A stretch of 64,000 bases of DNA from Basidiobolus meristosporus CBS 931.73 (taxonomy: Eukaryota; Fungi; Basidiobolomycota): contig MCFE01000201.1 of NCBI GenBank assembly GCA_002104905.1, positions 1 to 64,000 of the forward strand. Direction: 5' to 3'. Position numbers and translations under genes: made by a program. The notes below the pieces were generated by a model. It was not told the origin of the DNA, did not search any database, and saw only the letters and a program-made list of their open reading frames with translations. This document shows positions 1-11,530 of the stretch, piece by piece (position 1 is the first letter of the stretch; each line of letters starts with the position of its first letter).

Positions 1-433
1 TTCCTTGGACGTTCCACAATGCTACCAAACCAACCAGCCATTCGACGCAACCTGATTCCAGATATCAACGGATTTTCAACCAATGGACCTGACAGAAAAT
101 CGGGATAACTGGCTTGCTATACTGATCGTTGGCAAGTATGGGTGCCAGACATGTGACACCATAGCAACCCACCAGGCATATATCGGGTCCCTTGATGGCA
201 AGGCCATCATTCCAGTGTAGTCCACCATTGGCTATCTGATTCATCGGCATTCCCTGTAAAAGCCCTTGGAAGGTCTGATCCCAAATGGCCTGAAGGGCAA
301 GAGTTTATTGTCTGACGAGTGAATCGATCGATACCTCGCCCTCCAGACTCTGGCAGGTTGGACGCCAATTGGCAGCTAGCCCAAGATGTATGGACACCCT
401 TAATGCTATCTGATGCCAGTCACCTGAGCTCAT
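1..433 (-). CDS. Hypothetical spliced gene; 3' part unresolved, may run off the window start
   Basis: ATG at 433 opens MSSGDWHQIALRVSIHLGLAANWRPTCQSLEGE. A GTATCG...CCCTTCAG intron joins it in phase 0 to AIWDQTFQGLLQGMPMNQIANGGLHWNDGLAIKGPDICL (ORF 65..250). No family recognised. Confidence 0.35.
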
Positions 434-695
434 CCATCGTACTCACGTAGCAAGAGGATTGAAAGGACAGGGGTTTATTGGATTTGGATTGTCGTTAAAG
501 AGAGCATTGACAAAGCGGGATATCTAGCTATAGGTGGGCGGACATTCCTCAAGCCCAAGGCTAGTGAGGATCCAAGGACCAGCCTTTGATAGGTTATGGC
601 GAAGGGAAAGCCTTTCTCACAGCATGCTTTCAGTCAGAGATGATTCCCCACTCTGGTGGCGAAGATTCAAGGTTGGCCCGATCAAGGAGTTCGGA

Positions 696-2727
696 TCACC
701 GTGCACATCTCACTAGGATCCATGCAAGCACCGCACCTACACCAACCCCCCCGGCAAGCATCTCCCAAGAAAGTTGATCGTCTCTTGGCCGACGAGGAGC
801 TTTTCTCTGGTTTACGTGATAAGTGAATAGATCCGTCAGCTCCCACAGCTCCGTTCTCCATGAGTCGACAGTGGTCTGCATCAAGGTTATTTGGGTCGCT
901 TCCTTGACCGACTCCTCCACCATCTGACCCGCTAGCTTTTTCATTTCCCAGCTGAAATTGCGGGTTAAGGTACCGTGGTACCTGTGGAGCAACCTGTTCA
1001 AGCTCAACTGGAAGTCGATGTTGTGGTCCTGCAGGTGAAAGGTGATCTCCTGGTGGAAGCCCCCTTGTTGGTCCGATAAGAGGGTTTGGAAGTTCGCCAC
1101 AGCCAGCCGGCCTTCCTCTCGCAGACATCGACCAAGATCTGGCCACTCTGGATTGGGCTCGACAGCGGTGAGCTGGCTCTCGGCTCGGATCTTTCTCGGA
1201 ACCACGTCCTGAGCATTACCACCTGGCGGGTTATGGCAGATGGCTGCTTTCCTGTGGATCACCCAAGAGCTGGTTAAATAAATGGGAGTAGACTTGACAG
1301 AGTCTTCGAGCAGTATATCTGGAGTACGCATTGGGCCTTGGGGCATGGGAGATTGGCCAGATATTGGTACTGGTACTGGTGCTCCGTTCGATACCGGAGG
1401 ACATGTTCCCTGCTTGTTCCCTATAAAGGACAAGAGTATTGGATTAGTGTGGATCTAGGGATCCTTGGTGGATCAGTGCAGGTACCTTTAGGGCATTTAC
1501 TCCCTTCGAAGACATGGATGCACCGACCCTTCCATGGGGGAGGGTCAAGTGTGGGGGGCTTGAATCCCTCCAACCGGGATCTTACCAAAGGCTTTTCGAT
1601 GCTGTGGCGGGTTGTTAAGCGCCCGTCGGGGGGTTTGGTGCTTCTGGGAGGTGATGACGCCGAATTTTGGGTAAATTTTCTAAATTTCCTGACAGGCCAG
1701 CCATCAGCTGGATCTGGCGCAGGAATATGACGACATGCGTTCACCTCCTCGCCAAAAGGCTTGGAGTTGGGGTGCTTTCGAGAGGAAGCACGACCAGATG
1801 TGCTTCTGGACGGTTGGCGAGTCATGTTACGGACGGGTAGGGTTAGCGAAGGGATTAGATATGGAAATGGACCGGTTCACCCACCCCCTCGGACATTTTA
1901 TCTCGGTCTCCGCTTTCGTGAGCCAACAATGAAGCAACCCCGACTGGCAGACAGTTTGTTGTTGTGTGGCTTGGGTGTTGATATGGGTTGTTGGGTGAAT
2001 CAGCAATACACTGCCACATGCATGGATCCACCGGTGATCCAAATAAGTCGCGCATCCCCTCAGCCTCAGGATCAGGCGATGCCTAGCGGGTGGGTCCGAG
2101 GTGATTTGGACACTAACTATGTTCGAGAAGATCAAGATCCCGCCAGCTCATCCGCAAGTCCTGTGATGCAACTACGCGTCCCCTATGGAGCAGACCGAGG
2201 CGTATTGTGAGGGGATGAGTCACAGTAGTCGATTCTCAGACCACGGCGTTGAACCCGCAACACGCAACCTCGAAGGTTGGATAGCTGGCAATGCATCAAT
2301 GAAAGACCGGTCAGCGTTTCCCTTCATCCCTGCGAAGTGCTCTTGCAGCTTGACTGTTTGATACTGGCCTGGGTCCAGTCTAATCACTCGTACTCCATCC
2401 CAGCCAATTATGGCCCTTGTCGACTGAGGCGCCCAGCTTAGATCCCGTGCTACACGAAGGTCGAATGTCTACACAACTGAGGGAAGGTGGAGAAGTCTAA
2501 ATACCTTGGGGAGGATTCTTGCTTGCCGTCGAGGCGTCCCATATGCCGCTTTGCGCATCAACATCATCAACCTTCACCGGTGCTGAAGAACGCTGGCGTA
2601 GTTTGGTTTGTGAAGTCGACCATTCAGAATGTTCCGGTTTTCTCGTTTGCGTAACGTAAACTACGATCGAAGTGGTGGCTAGGATCGATGATTGGTTCAC
2701 TGCTTGGTGTGCGTAAATTGAGGTCAA
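696..2727 (-). CDS. Hypothetical multi-exon protein with C-terminal hydrophobic anchor; 5' structure uncertain
   Basis: A 65-nt GTACCT...TTTATAG intron (1485-1421) joins ORF 1421..1825 in frame to ORF 696..1433. The product ends in a hydrophobic segment plus basic tail (LSWEMLAGGVGVGAVLAWILVRCAR*). Exon-like pieces upstream to ~2727 could not be assembled unambiguously. Confidence 0.5.
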
Positions 2728-3139
2728 GAAGGATGGGGTGATCCTGCTCTGGTTGGCTTAGATGAAGGTTAACCATCAAGGCCGGCCAAATATGGAATAA
2801 TGGGCTATGCACTCCACTTTAAGCAAGTCATTCAATCTAATAGAATACAAGGACGGATTCAACTAATAATAGATCCGAGCCAAATGGGTTGTCATGTAAA
2901 TTAATTAGAGATACAAACGTAACACCATACGTACCTATAGCGTTTCCCATATAGAGTCCCATCCTTTTCTATATTCGGCGGAGTCGCTACCATCTCTTAT
3001 CGAGGGGCATTTTTCTTCCTGACCTTTCATAACTCTATCTTTTAGCTGGCCACGTTCTTCTCCTTCGGTATACCCATTTCTGAAACCTCCACCCTCTTTT
3101 GAAAGTTGCTTGGTGTTCCCTGCAGTTCTCTCTAAAGAT

Positions 3140-4353
3140 ATGCCTGAATATCCTCCCAAGAGACCCCATTCTCAAAGTCCCTCTCCTTTCCGTAGAGAGA
3201 TGCCTTCGCCAGCAGGCACAGGCCCAACTTCTCCTCCCTACAACCCAGCTCTCGATATCAATGATGAGGATGAGGCATTCGACCAGCCTTATCCCCTCAA
3301 TCATGCACCGTTCAATCGAGACCGCGAGCGACCCTCTGTTTACGGGAAACAGTTCAAGCCTGAGCCCCTGCCTCAAAACACCTCACGAGGCTCTAATTAC
3401 GGTGTCTACGCCATGCCTGACTATTCGGGCTATCCCTCTGATTCTCCCGCTTTCCATAACAATCACTCCACCCAGAAGCTGCACGACGTCAGCCGCTCCT
3501 CAACCTCTCCCTCACTCCCCTCTCCCTCCATCTCCTCCACCAGTGCGCTTCAAAAGTCCGGAGCGCCAAGCGGAAAGCAGAACCTAACCACCCCGAGCGC
3601 ACCTCCACCTCCCATGTCCCCCTTTGACTTTAACGACGACCAAGACGACCAGATATCCTTCAACGACGACCAGTCCATCGTTACCTTTTCTTCCGACAAG
3701 GCCAAGAAAAGTAAAAAACCTCAGGGGGTTTGGCCTTGCTGTTGCTGCCCGCCATGCTGCTCTCGCAAAGTATGTGTGGCTGTGTCATTTGTGGTGATCG
3801 TGTTGGTAGCGGTCGGGGCGTGGTTGCTCTGGCCCAAGGTCCCGTCAGGATATATCGACGCATTGAAGATTACGCAGGACCCGGTGGTGAACATCAAGGA
3901 GTTGCCGTACACATACCAACAGAACTTCACCCTAACCATCTACATTGACAACTATAACATCCTCCCCTTACGCCTAAACCAAATCGACGTTGTGGTCAGT
4001 ATATTCTATCAGTTGTTCTCCCGCAGCTGACCCCAGTGTCTAAAATTTATTCCTAGGGACGTGATCCAAATGGCAGATCAATCGACCTGGGCAAGGGCCA
4101 GGCAACCAACATCAGGCTCCGCAGCAAAGCGTTGACCTCCTTTGATGTCCCATTCCAGCTGGACTACACGTTCGGCAATACGACGGATCTCATATGGACC
4201 CACCTGGCCCAGGCGTGCGTACCAAACCTAATCCCGAGCCCTAACAAATACAATATGCCGATGTCGTTTATCGTCAGCCTTCATATTCCGGAGATCACTT
4301 GGATCTCGAAGGTCCCTCAGGCTACCTATAAATACGACTACGTCTGCAATTAA
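3140..4353 (+). CDS. LEA_2-like type II membrane protein (Pro/Ser-rich N-terminus, Cys cluster, single TM, beta-sandwich)
   Basis: ATG 3140; TM VCVAVSFVVIVLVAVGAWLLWPKVP followed by NFTLTIYIDNYNILPLRLNQIDV, a LEA_2-type signature. Intron 3995-4056 (GTCAGT...TCCTAG) joins in phase 0 to ORF 4132..4353. Confidence 0.75.
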
Positions 4354-5260
4354 CACGTTTGGGTCTCTACTCGCCATTTCCCTTCCCCTTCCCCTTCCTC
4401 TCCCCCACCCCAATCCATCTATTTGCCCATACAGCATCTACATCTAAACGTGTCACTCGATATAACACGGGTTTCGACATCCATGGGACCGCTCGGGTCT
4501 GCAACATTTCCTCGTCAGTACATAGCGTGAGTGGACTACCACTTTCTAAAGCCACTCCTCCCCCAACCCTCCCTCCGTCAAATACCATCACAGCCTAATT
4601 CCTCTGTTGACCCTAATGTTCGAAATATCCATACCTCCGTGTCCCTACAAGTTTTGTCTCATCTCTCTTCTCTAAGTAACCAGTTCAATCCCCATCACCA
4701 TCTCCATTCACTTAACGATTCCTAAATAGGCACAGGTCCCCTCAACCAAAAGTTTCCTGTTTCAATACACACATATATATACTTATTCCCAGTAAAATTA
4801 TCATCCAGTTCTTTCGTGTACAAAGGCATTGATCAAGCTACCTTTGAACAGACGGTGTATCCGGTCACATTTCTGGAGGGTGCTGGTCGCGGGATGTGAG
4901 AAGTCCCGACGCCGGTTACCACGGCCACCACGCAACATGCATCGTCGAGAGAGTAAGGGGACGTGGGTAGAACTCGTCAGTGCCTTTATTCTGGTCGTGC
5001 TATGGTAGAGGTTTCTGATGTATTGCTGAACGAGAGATAAATAAGCCAATGGAGATGGATGACTGCGAGAGAGAATATAGTAGGTATCCAGGACGCATGT
5101 CAAGGGTCCAACCAGAGTGAATGTGGATATGAACGTGGGTGTGGGTGTTACGGAAGTGTACATAAAAAGAACCGAATTAAATGTTGAAAATAGGAAAAGA
5201 AAGTGTGGAGTTGGCCCCTCTTTCAGCCAGGTCTTCGTCGGGGGTCACCCCGCTGCCGAC

Positions 5261-8200
5261 TCAAACCGTCCAAGAGGCAAGCTCCTCTTGCTCGTCCTGT
5301 TGAATAAATGGTAAGTCGATGCTCTTGATCATGAGATCTCCGCATAGGTAGCACTCCGCCGCCACTAAGTCGTCCAGCTCCTCCTTCAGTTGCTCTAGGT
5401 TCGTGGCGGAGTCCATTTTTTCGGCGGCTTGGTTGTTCTTTCCAGCACGTCGTTGGATGGTCAGATCACGAGCAATCTCTTCCTGAAGCTCCTGGAGCAG
5501 GCGGATTTGTCGAGGATTGAGGTATTGCTTGACCTGGAACAGCTGGCTTAATTTTGCAACCCTGGAATATACCTTATCATGGGGCAAGTTACCTTGTTGA
5601 TTAAACAGTCCGCATGGAAGGCATGTTGGCAAGGGAAGATGTAGAATTGGCGAGTAAGCACCGGTTGGTCGCAGAGAGAGCAATTTTCGTTGAGACTGAC
5701 TATGGCAAATCTAGTGGATAGTGGGTGTCAATCAACATACTCCAGTGCTGCCCGCAGATGGCCGGTCCATGGGACAAACTTACCGGTTCTTTAGCTCTTT
5801 GATATCCTGTCGGATATTCTCTGCGTTTCTGGTAGCTTCGTCCATCTCCCCCTTGAGATCCTCAATATGGATATTGTATTCCTCTAAAGCAGAACAGATC
5901 TCCTCCTAAAATGATGGTTCTGGTTTAATACAAATTCGGGGAAAGAGAAACGAAGGGTCGGCACCTTGAAATCGTCGATATGAGTGAAGTCCGGGAAGAA
6001 AGGCAGAATATCTTCGATCTTCAGCAGGTCTGACTCCTGGAGGAACCTCATGGCACTGTATCATAAGAACTGGTTAATCCCTGAGCTGTTGAGGAGTGTG
6101 ACGGCCATTCCCTACGTCTTAACATCATGCTGCTTCTCGACCACGTATCTAGCGATCTTGAGCCACAATTTCTTCCGCAAGTCTTCATCGTCGTCTGGCT
6201 TGTCAGCATTAATACGTGCAAGCTCCAAATCCTGGTGCTACATGAGTCAACCACGGCGTATGGTGTGTTAATTCCGGGTCATAGGAGATTCTCGTGCGAA
6301 AGCCACAAACCTCTAGTGCCAGATCCACTGCCTCCTCGTACATCCCCATGTTTCCATAGATTAGGACACAGCTCTGGATCCGATTATGCTTGCTGCACAA
6401 ACGGAGTGCATAGTCTTGGTTGTACTTCATCTCTCGACCCTAAGGAGCGCCATGTTAGTGAGATCGGTCGGTGTAGTTAGGGGAAACGAGCAGCGCTACC
6501 TCATTGTTCAGAAAGCTAAGGAGATCCGACTCATCCTCGGTAGGCTGAGTAGTATACAAGGTGAGAAGATAGTTGTGAATGACCGGATCATTGTTGTTCA
6601 TCTTTTGCACCACAAATTGCAGATAGCGAATGGCTTGATTCTATAGAGAAAATGAGTCTTCACCACATCAGTAACCAAATTGCAGTTGGGTCCTACTTGG
6701 GTGGTGTCCTCTGGTGCTTGTGAGTGGTCGTATTTGAGCAAGGCAGGGATCAGGTTCCTGGGGTTGAGGTTGGTATGCCTCATCCACATATTTACGGTTT
6801 CTACGGGAGCATGTTCCATAAGCACCGGCGAATATTTGTAGTATAATTCCACTGAAGCCTATCATGAGGCAGTTCTCTCCATCAGTAACCTCTTGACCGG
6901 GAGCCGGATTCGACAAACTTACCTGCTTTCCAAGAACCTTCGATGCCTCAGCGTAGTTCTTCTCTTGAATCCAATGAGAGATCACTCGATCATAATCGTG
7001 CATCAACGATGCATAATGGAGCAGATCTACATTTCGTCCGTGGCTTCCGATCAAGTCGTAGGTAGTCTTGGGGTCCAGGTGATTCTAAAAAAATGGTAGT
7101 AGGACCATTTAATGATGGATGGCGACTTGGAGGCTATAATACGCATACTCACTTTGTACGATTGCAAAAAGCCGTGGAATTCTTCAGTGAGGATCTTTTG
7201 CTCCTCCTGATAATTGCGCTTCTCCTCATCTTCGAGCGACCCCATTGCTAGGTCCTCCAACGCGTTCAGCTTATTCAAGTAGATCTCCACCAGCCATGTC
7301 CCAATGATGGTGATTTGTGTCAAGTCCTATACAAACCCGGAGATCAGTCAGTCCAATGACCAGTACACAGCACAGCTTCAAGAAACCACTGACGTTCTTT
7401 CTCAACTTTTCAATCTTCTGTAGCAGGTATCTTCTCAAGGCGTCACGCTCGTCACGCTCCACAAATTTGAGCACCACCTCCTCAAATGACACTGTCGACT
7501 GGGCAAAATAATTTGCCGAGAGCAAGTAACGCCCCTGAGAGAAGTAGTACTCTGCCTGCGCGGTCAGGATCTTGTCTTTCTGGATCGGGCTCTATCGACA
7601 GGTTGGACAGGTACCGATTAGATCACGCATTATACTACTAGTACCAAGTGGTGTTACCTTGGCATACTGCAGAGCAGCATCGAACATCATCTTCTCCAAA
7701 TACAGGCTCCACATGTTCTTATCTTCGTTGGCAACAATCAACTCATAAATGGAAACATTGGTGAAGACCCAGTAGGTGTTCTTGGTTGAATCCACCACCA
7801 TCCCCAGGATGTGTTGCGAGGGAGCCTACACATATACGTTGCGACGTTAGCCATTACTCACGGCTTGGAGGGGACAGCTCACAGACAATCTTACCAGGGG
7901 AATCGCGTCTTCGTAGACAACCTGGTCGTTTAACTGACAAACGGCTCTGATTCGATCGTCGTAGAGAAGAATGAAGTGGAACTCGGTTACTGCGATAGAG
8001 ATTGGGCCTTTGGTTTCACTTTGATCAGCCTCGTAAGATGTAGGCGCGTATCTGATTAAGTCAGGTAAACGATAAGTGATCTGATTGCTCCTAAATATTC
8101 CTGCTGACTTACGGCAAAAGCTGGGCGCTATCAATCACGCTATCCCCGACTCCTTGCGACCCGAACACCAGGTCGCCATGGTAGATTCCAGGGCCTAGTT

Positions 8201-9544
8201 GTCGTCCATGACAATATAGAAGCGTAGGTTAGACGCGAATTGCAGAGGAATAGCGATAGGATAGAGGGAAGCATCACCGGTTAACCAACAGAATTTACTT
8301 GCGGTGCTCTGGACCTGAACATCTTGGAACTTGCTAAAGAAGTGTAGCTCGCTGTACGAAAGCTCTCCAGGGATTTCTTGATAAGCTAGTGCAAATTGTA
8401 AGCCTCTCTCCACCCACCGCAGCTCCGCATCCACTGGGCAACTTACATGGATTGTTGGTGTATTTAGAGAACAAGCTCTCGAAAAAGGTACCGTCTGGGC
8501 CATTTTTCTGCGGATTGACATTGCCGATCATCTGGTAGAGTCGGGTGGGCGTGGTTAGAAGCACAAAGTACTTCTTGGGGCTCACCGGGAACTGCTCAAA
8601 CCGGATCCCAGTAATTGGGTTGGCGTCTGCCAAAGAGAAAACCTAAATCTACTCGTTAAATCAACTCAATCACCTCTATGAGTAATCGTTGAGCGCCTCA
8701 CTTGTTTGATGTATTTGTCCTCCTTCTTGAAGTACTCGTCGGTAGGCTCAAGCTCAGTCTCAAATACCGCACCATTCTTGGTTCCGAGCAGGATCTCTTT
8801 CGTGGATGCGTTGGCCCCTTTGCTGATATTTTTATTCCAGGCAACGGACTCTATGGTAATTCCCTGGTAGATAGAACGGTTGAGAACTCGGCTTCCCTCA
8901 TCAGGCTATATGTTAGAAGAATGAGAGATACCTTCAATTTGGATAGGATTTTGCATTTCTTCCATTTCTCATGCAAGTAGTAGTTATCCCCCTCGGTGGT
9001 GGTCACGAGGAGATGCTTTCCCGTGGGATCGAAAAAGATCTTGTATATTTTATTTTCGGGGGCACGACGAGGTAATTCAATGTCTACGGGAAATAGAAGG
9101 ATTAGTAAACTAGGTAGAACCAAGACTGTGTTCAACAAGCTGCTCCATGCCTTCGACATCGTGAGCCTCCTGCAGGTTAATCCTCAAAATGTGATTATTC
9201 TCCAAGGCCATTACAAGAATATTATTGGAAACTTGCACCGAAATAAGGGGAGCAGGAAGTTGGAATTGCACCCTATCCAGGGCGAAGACGTCTGCTTCCT
9301 CAGCTTTATCGATGCCAGCACTGACAAACCCGGTCCCTAACTATGGGAGAAGTAACGTTTAGCTATCTCCGAAGCTATGCTTGTAGAGTGTTCTCTGACT
9401 AACCAATGCAGGCACTGAAGTTTCAAACCCGGAGAAATCGTTTTCCTCGGAGATGGGTATATGTGACTCTTGTAAGGACGAACTGAGCTGTGGTCGGATT
9501 GCCTGAGATTCATTGTGTTCGATGAAGTCATCAATTAAAGACAT
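5261..9544 (-). CDS. VPS18: Vacuolar protein sorting protein 18 (Pep3), CORVET/HOPS core subunit; multi-exon
   Basis: Collinear exon ORFs: KIFFDPTGKHLLV..GDNYYLH, TEFHFILLY, ANYFAQSTVSFEEVVLKF, GTWLVEIYLNKLN, LYYKYSPVLMEHAP, ALRLC...YEEAVDLAL, and the C-terminal VAAECYLCGDLMIKSIDLPFI. All are Vps18/Pep3 hallmarks. ATG at 9544 (MSLIDDF). Confidence 0.95.
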
Positions 9545-9967
9545 TTCATATATTTAACTCAGCAAGAGGATTATCAAGAACTAGATGAATTCCAAAGTCG
9601 GCTAAGGTTTTTGTCTAAACGAGATTCACTGAAAGCTTCCTTACTAGTGTCAAGTTATTGAGGCTGTCTTCGTCAAATGATATCGCTTAATTTTACCATT
9701 GCATAATGCTGATTTCTATACAATCTACGCTGATTATATTTTACGTATTCCTACTACTTGGGACTTATAGGCTCATCCCCACCGGCCAAATCATCACGTA
9801 AGATGTAAGCTGGCATTGGATTTGATATACTGAAATTGGATATTCTGTGTGGTAATAGGCATTGACATGAAAAGATGGTGGTTTATTATGATGCAAGTTT
9901 GTTGAAGCTAAGAGTAGTCAGGATAAATAGATCGAACGGGTCTATACAGTGCCGCAACAGAATTCCC

Positions 9968-10503
9968 TTACTCACCAAAGAGCCTTTGCACACGCTTGAG
10001 TACGGAAACCTTAGACGGATCTATAGAAAGAACAGATTAGTCTGAAGCCACTTCCCGCGGAGTCTGCTTACATACCGTAGGGTTGATCCTTTGAAGGGAT
10101 ATCAAGTACAGCTGGAAAAGCTCGATCGTGGTTGCCAATGAGTTCGCGAATATTCTCAGCAGTGTTGGTTAATCAAAACAATAGCAATATCCTTGCGATG
10201 GGTGTACTCTAGAAATGCCTTCCCGATGTTAGCCAAAGTGGTTTCTCGAGTTTGCGAAGAGCTAAGCACAGCTGAGGAATGAAAATTGTTCAGATAGAAC
10301 AGCTTACTGGCATCCACCACTAAAAAGTTGGACTTTTGTCTGGAGTCTACATGGCCAACCCTAGCTAGGAGTAGACCGGTAATGGTGTCCTGGAACAGAC
10401 ACTAAGCATGAAGGTAAATCCAACTATCAGACATTGAGGCATATACTTCATCTTCAATCACAGCTATGAAGTTGCGATCTTTGTATTGATTTCCAACGGC
10501 CAT
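9968..10503 (-). pseudogene. VMA7: V-ATPase subunit F pseudogene (not in the ORF track)
   Basis: Hand-spliced 4 exons: MAVGNQYKDRNFIAVIEDE|[27 protein letters not shown]|[28 protein letters not shown]-(frameshift, ~10161)[28 protein letters not shown]|DPSKVSVLKRVQRLFGE*. Carries a frameshift plus substitutions at normally conserved glycines (IGDE>IEDE, LAG>LAR). Confidence 0.85.
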
Positions 10504-10559
10504 TATACATACACTACACAATGAAGCACAAGCTTAAAGACTTCAAGGATTGGATAGAT

Positions 10560-11530
10560 ACCCAATAAACCAGAGCAACTAATAGGGAATCCTGATACGA
10601 TTCCGAATTGCTATTCCAGAATGAAAGATATGATGACAAAGCATATCTATGAAAAAGCGTTTGGAATTTGGAAGAAATCATCAACCGGTAGTTTGGCATG
10701 TTGCTAACAACCACAGAAAGCACTCTATACCAACACCATCAAAGAGTGTCTTGCTCATTCCATTGATAGCGAAACATCATAACCTGAGCAATAGCTCCCG
10801 AATGTCTTTCATTATGACTCAACCCCATCAACCAATTCTGACAATTGTCTGGACTTTTCAAGTTCAGATTGGTGAATGGCTAGTTGAGTATGAGGATATG
10901 TCAATATCAACGGAGATCGCCATGGAAGCGTTTCCTTCGAATTCTGGAACTCAAACACTGTACACTATCAAGGAATGATTTTGGAATCGAAACAATATTC
11001 AATATCAGCTGAAAGAGCATTTCGAGCATCTATTTTTGGTCCCTTGGTATCCCTCTATGGTGGATTCCTTCAGGATAAGCTCGTACTGCCTTTACAGGAT
11101 ACTGCTAATCAGTCATTTTTTCTAGAAACCATGAGTTCTATCCATGGAAATTTATTGGAGAAACACATGGCCAAGATCTGACCTTCATTGTGTGCACCAA
11201 TAGGTGAGGGATATTGGATACCAATACACCACAGCCAGCCTGAAAACCATCAATTCATTTCAAAAATACCAGTAAAAATCACTTGTACTTGATTGGAATC
11301 GTGTCTATTTATACATTGATCGGACTATATAAATGTGTCCATACTACTAAACATGAAGATCCACTTCGGAATATTTCTATAATTTTGATGAATCCACACT
11401 ACGTTGAGAGTTTGGTCAACATCACCCAAATTTGGCAGCTTGGAAGGACATTCCACCACACTGTCTATGGGGCTTATAACTGGAAATTATCAAAAGCGAA
11501 TCTGCATTATTTTGGCCTAATGTGTCAATA
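10560..11530 (+). pseudogene. Possible decayed intron-containing gene of unknown identity
   Basis: Exon-like frames (NHEFYPWKFIGETHGQDLTFIVCTNR|GTGAGG; FDESTLR*EFGQHHPNLAAWKDIPPHCLWGL*LEIIKSESALFWPNV|GTGAAT) with splice-like borders and in-frame stops. No family recognised. Confidence 0.25.
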
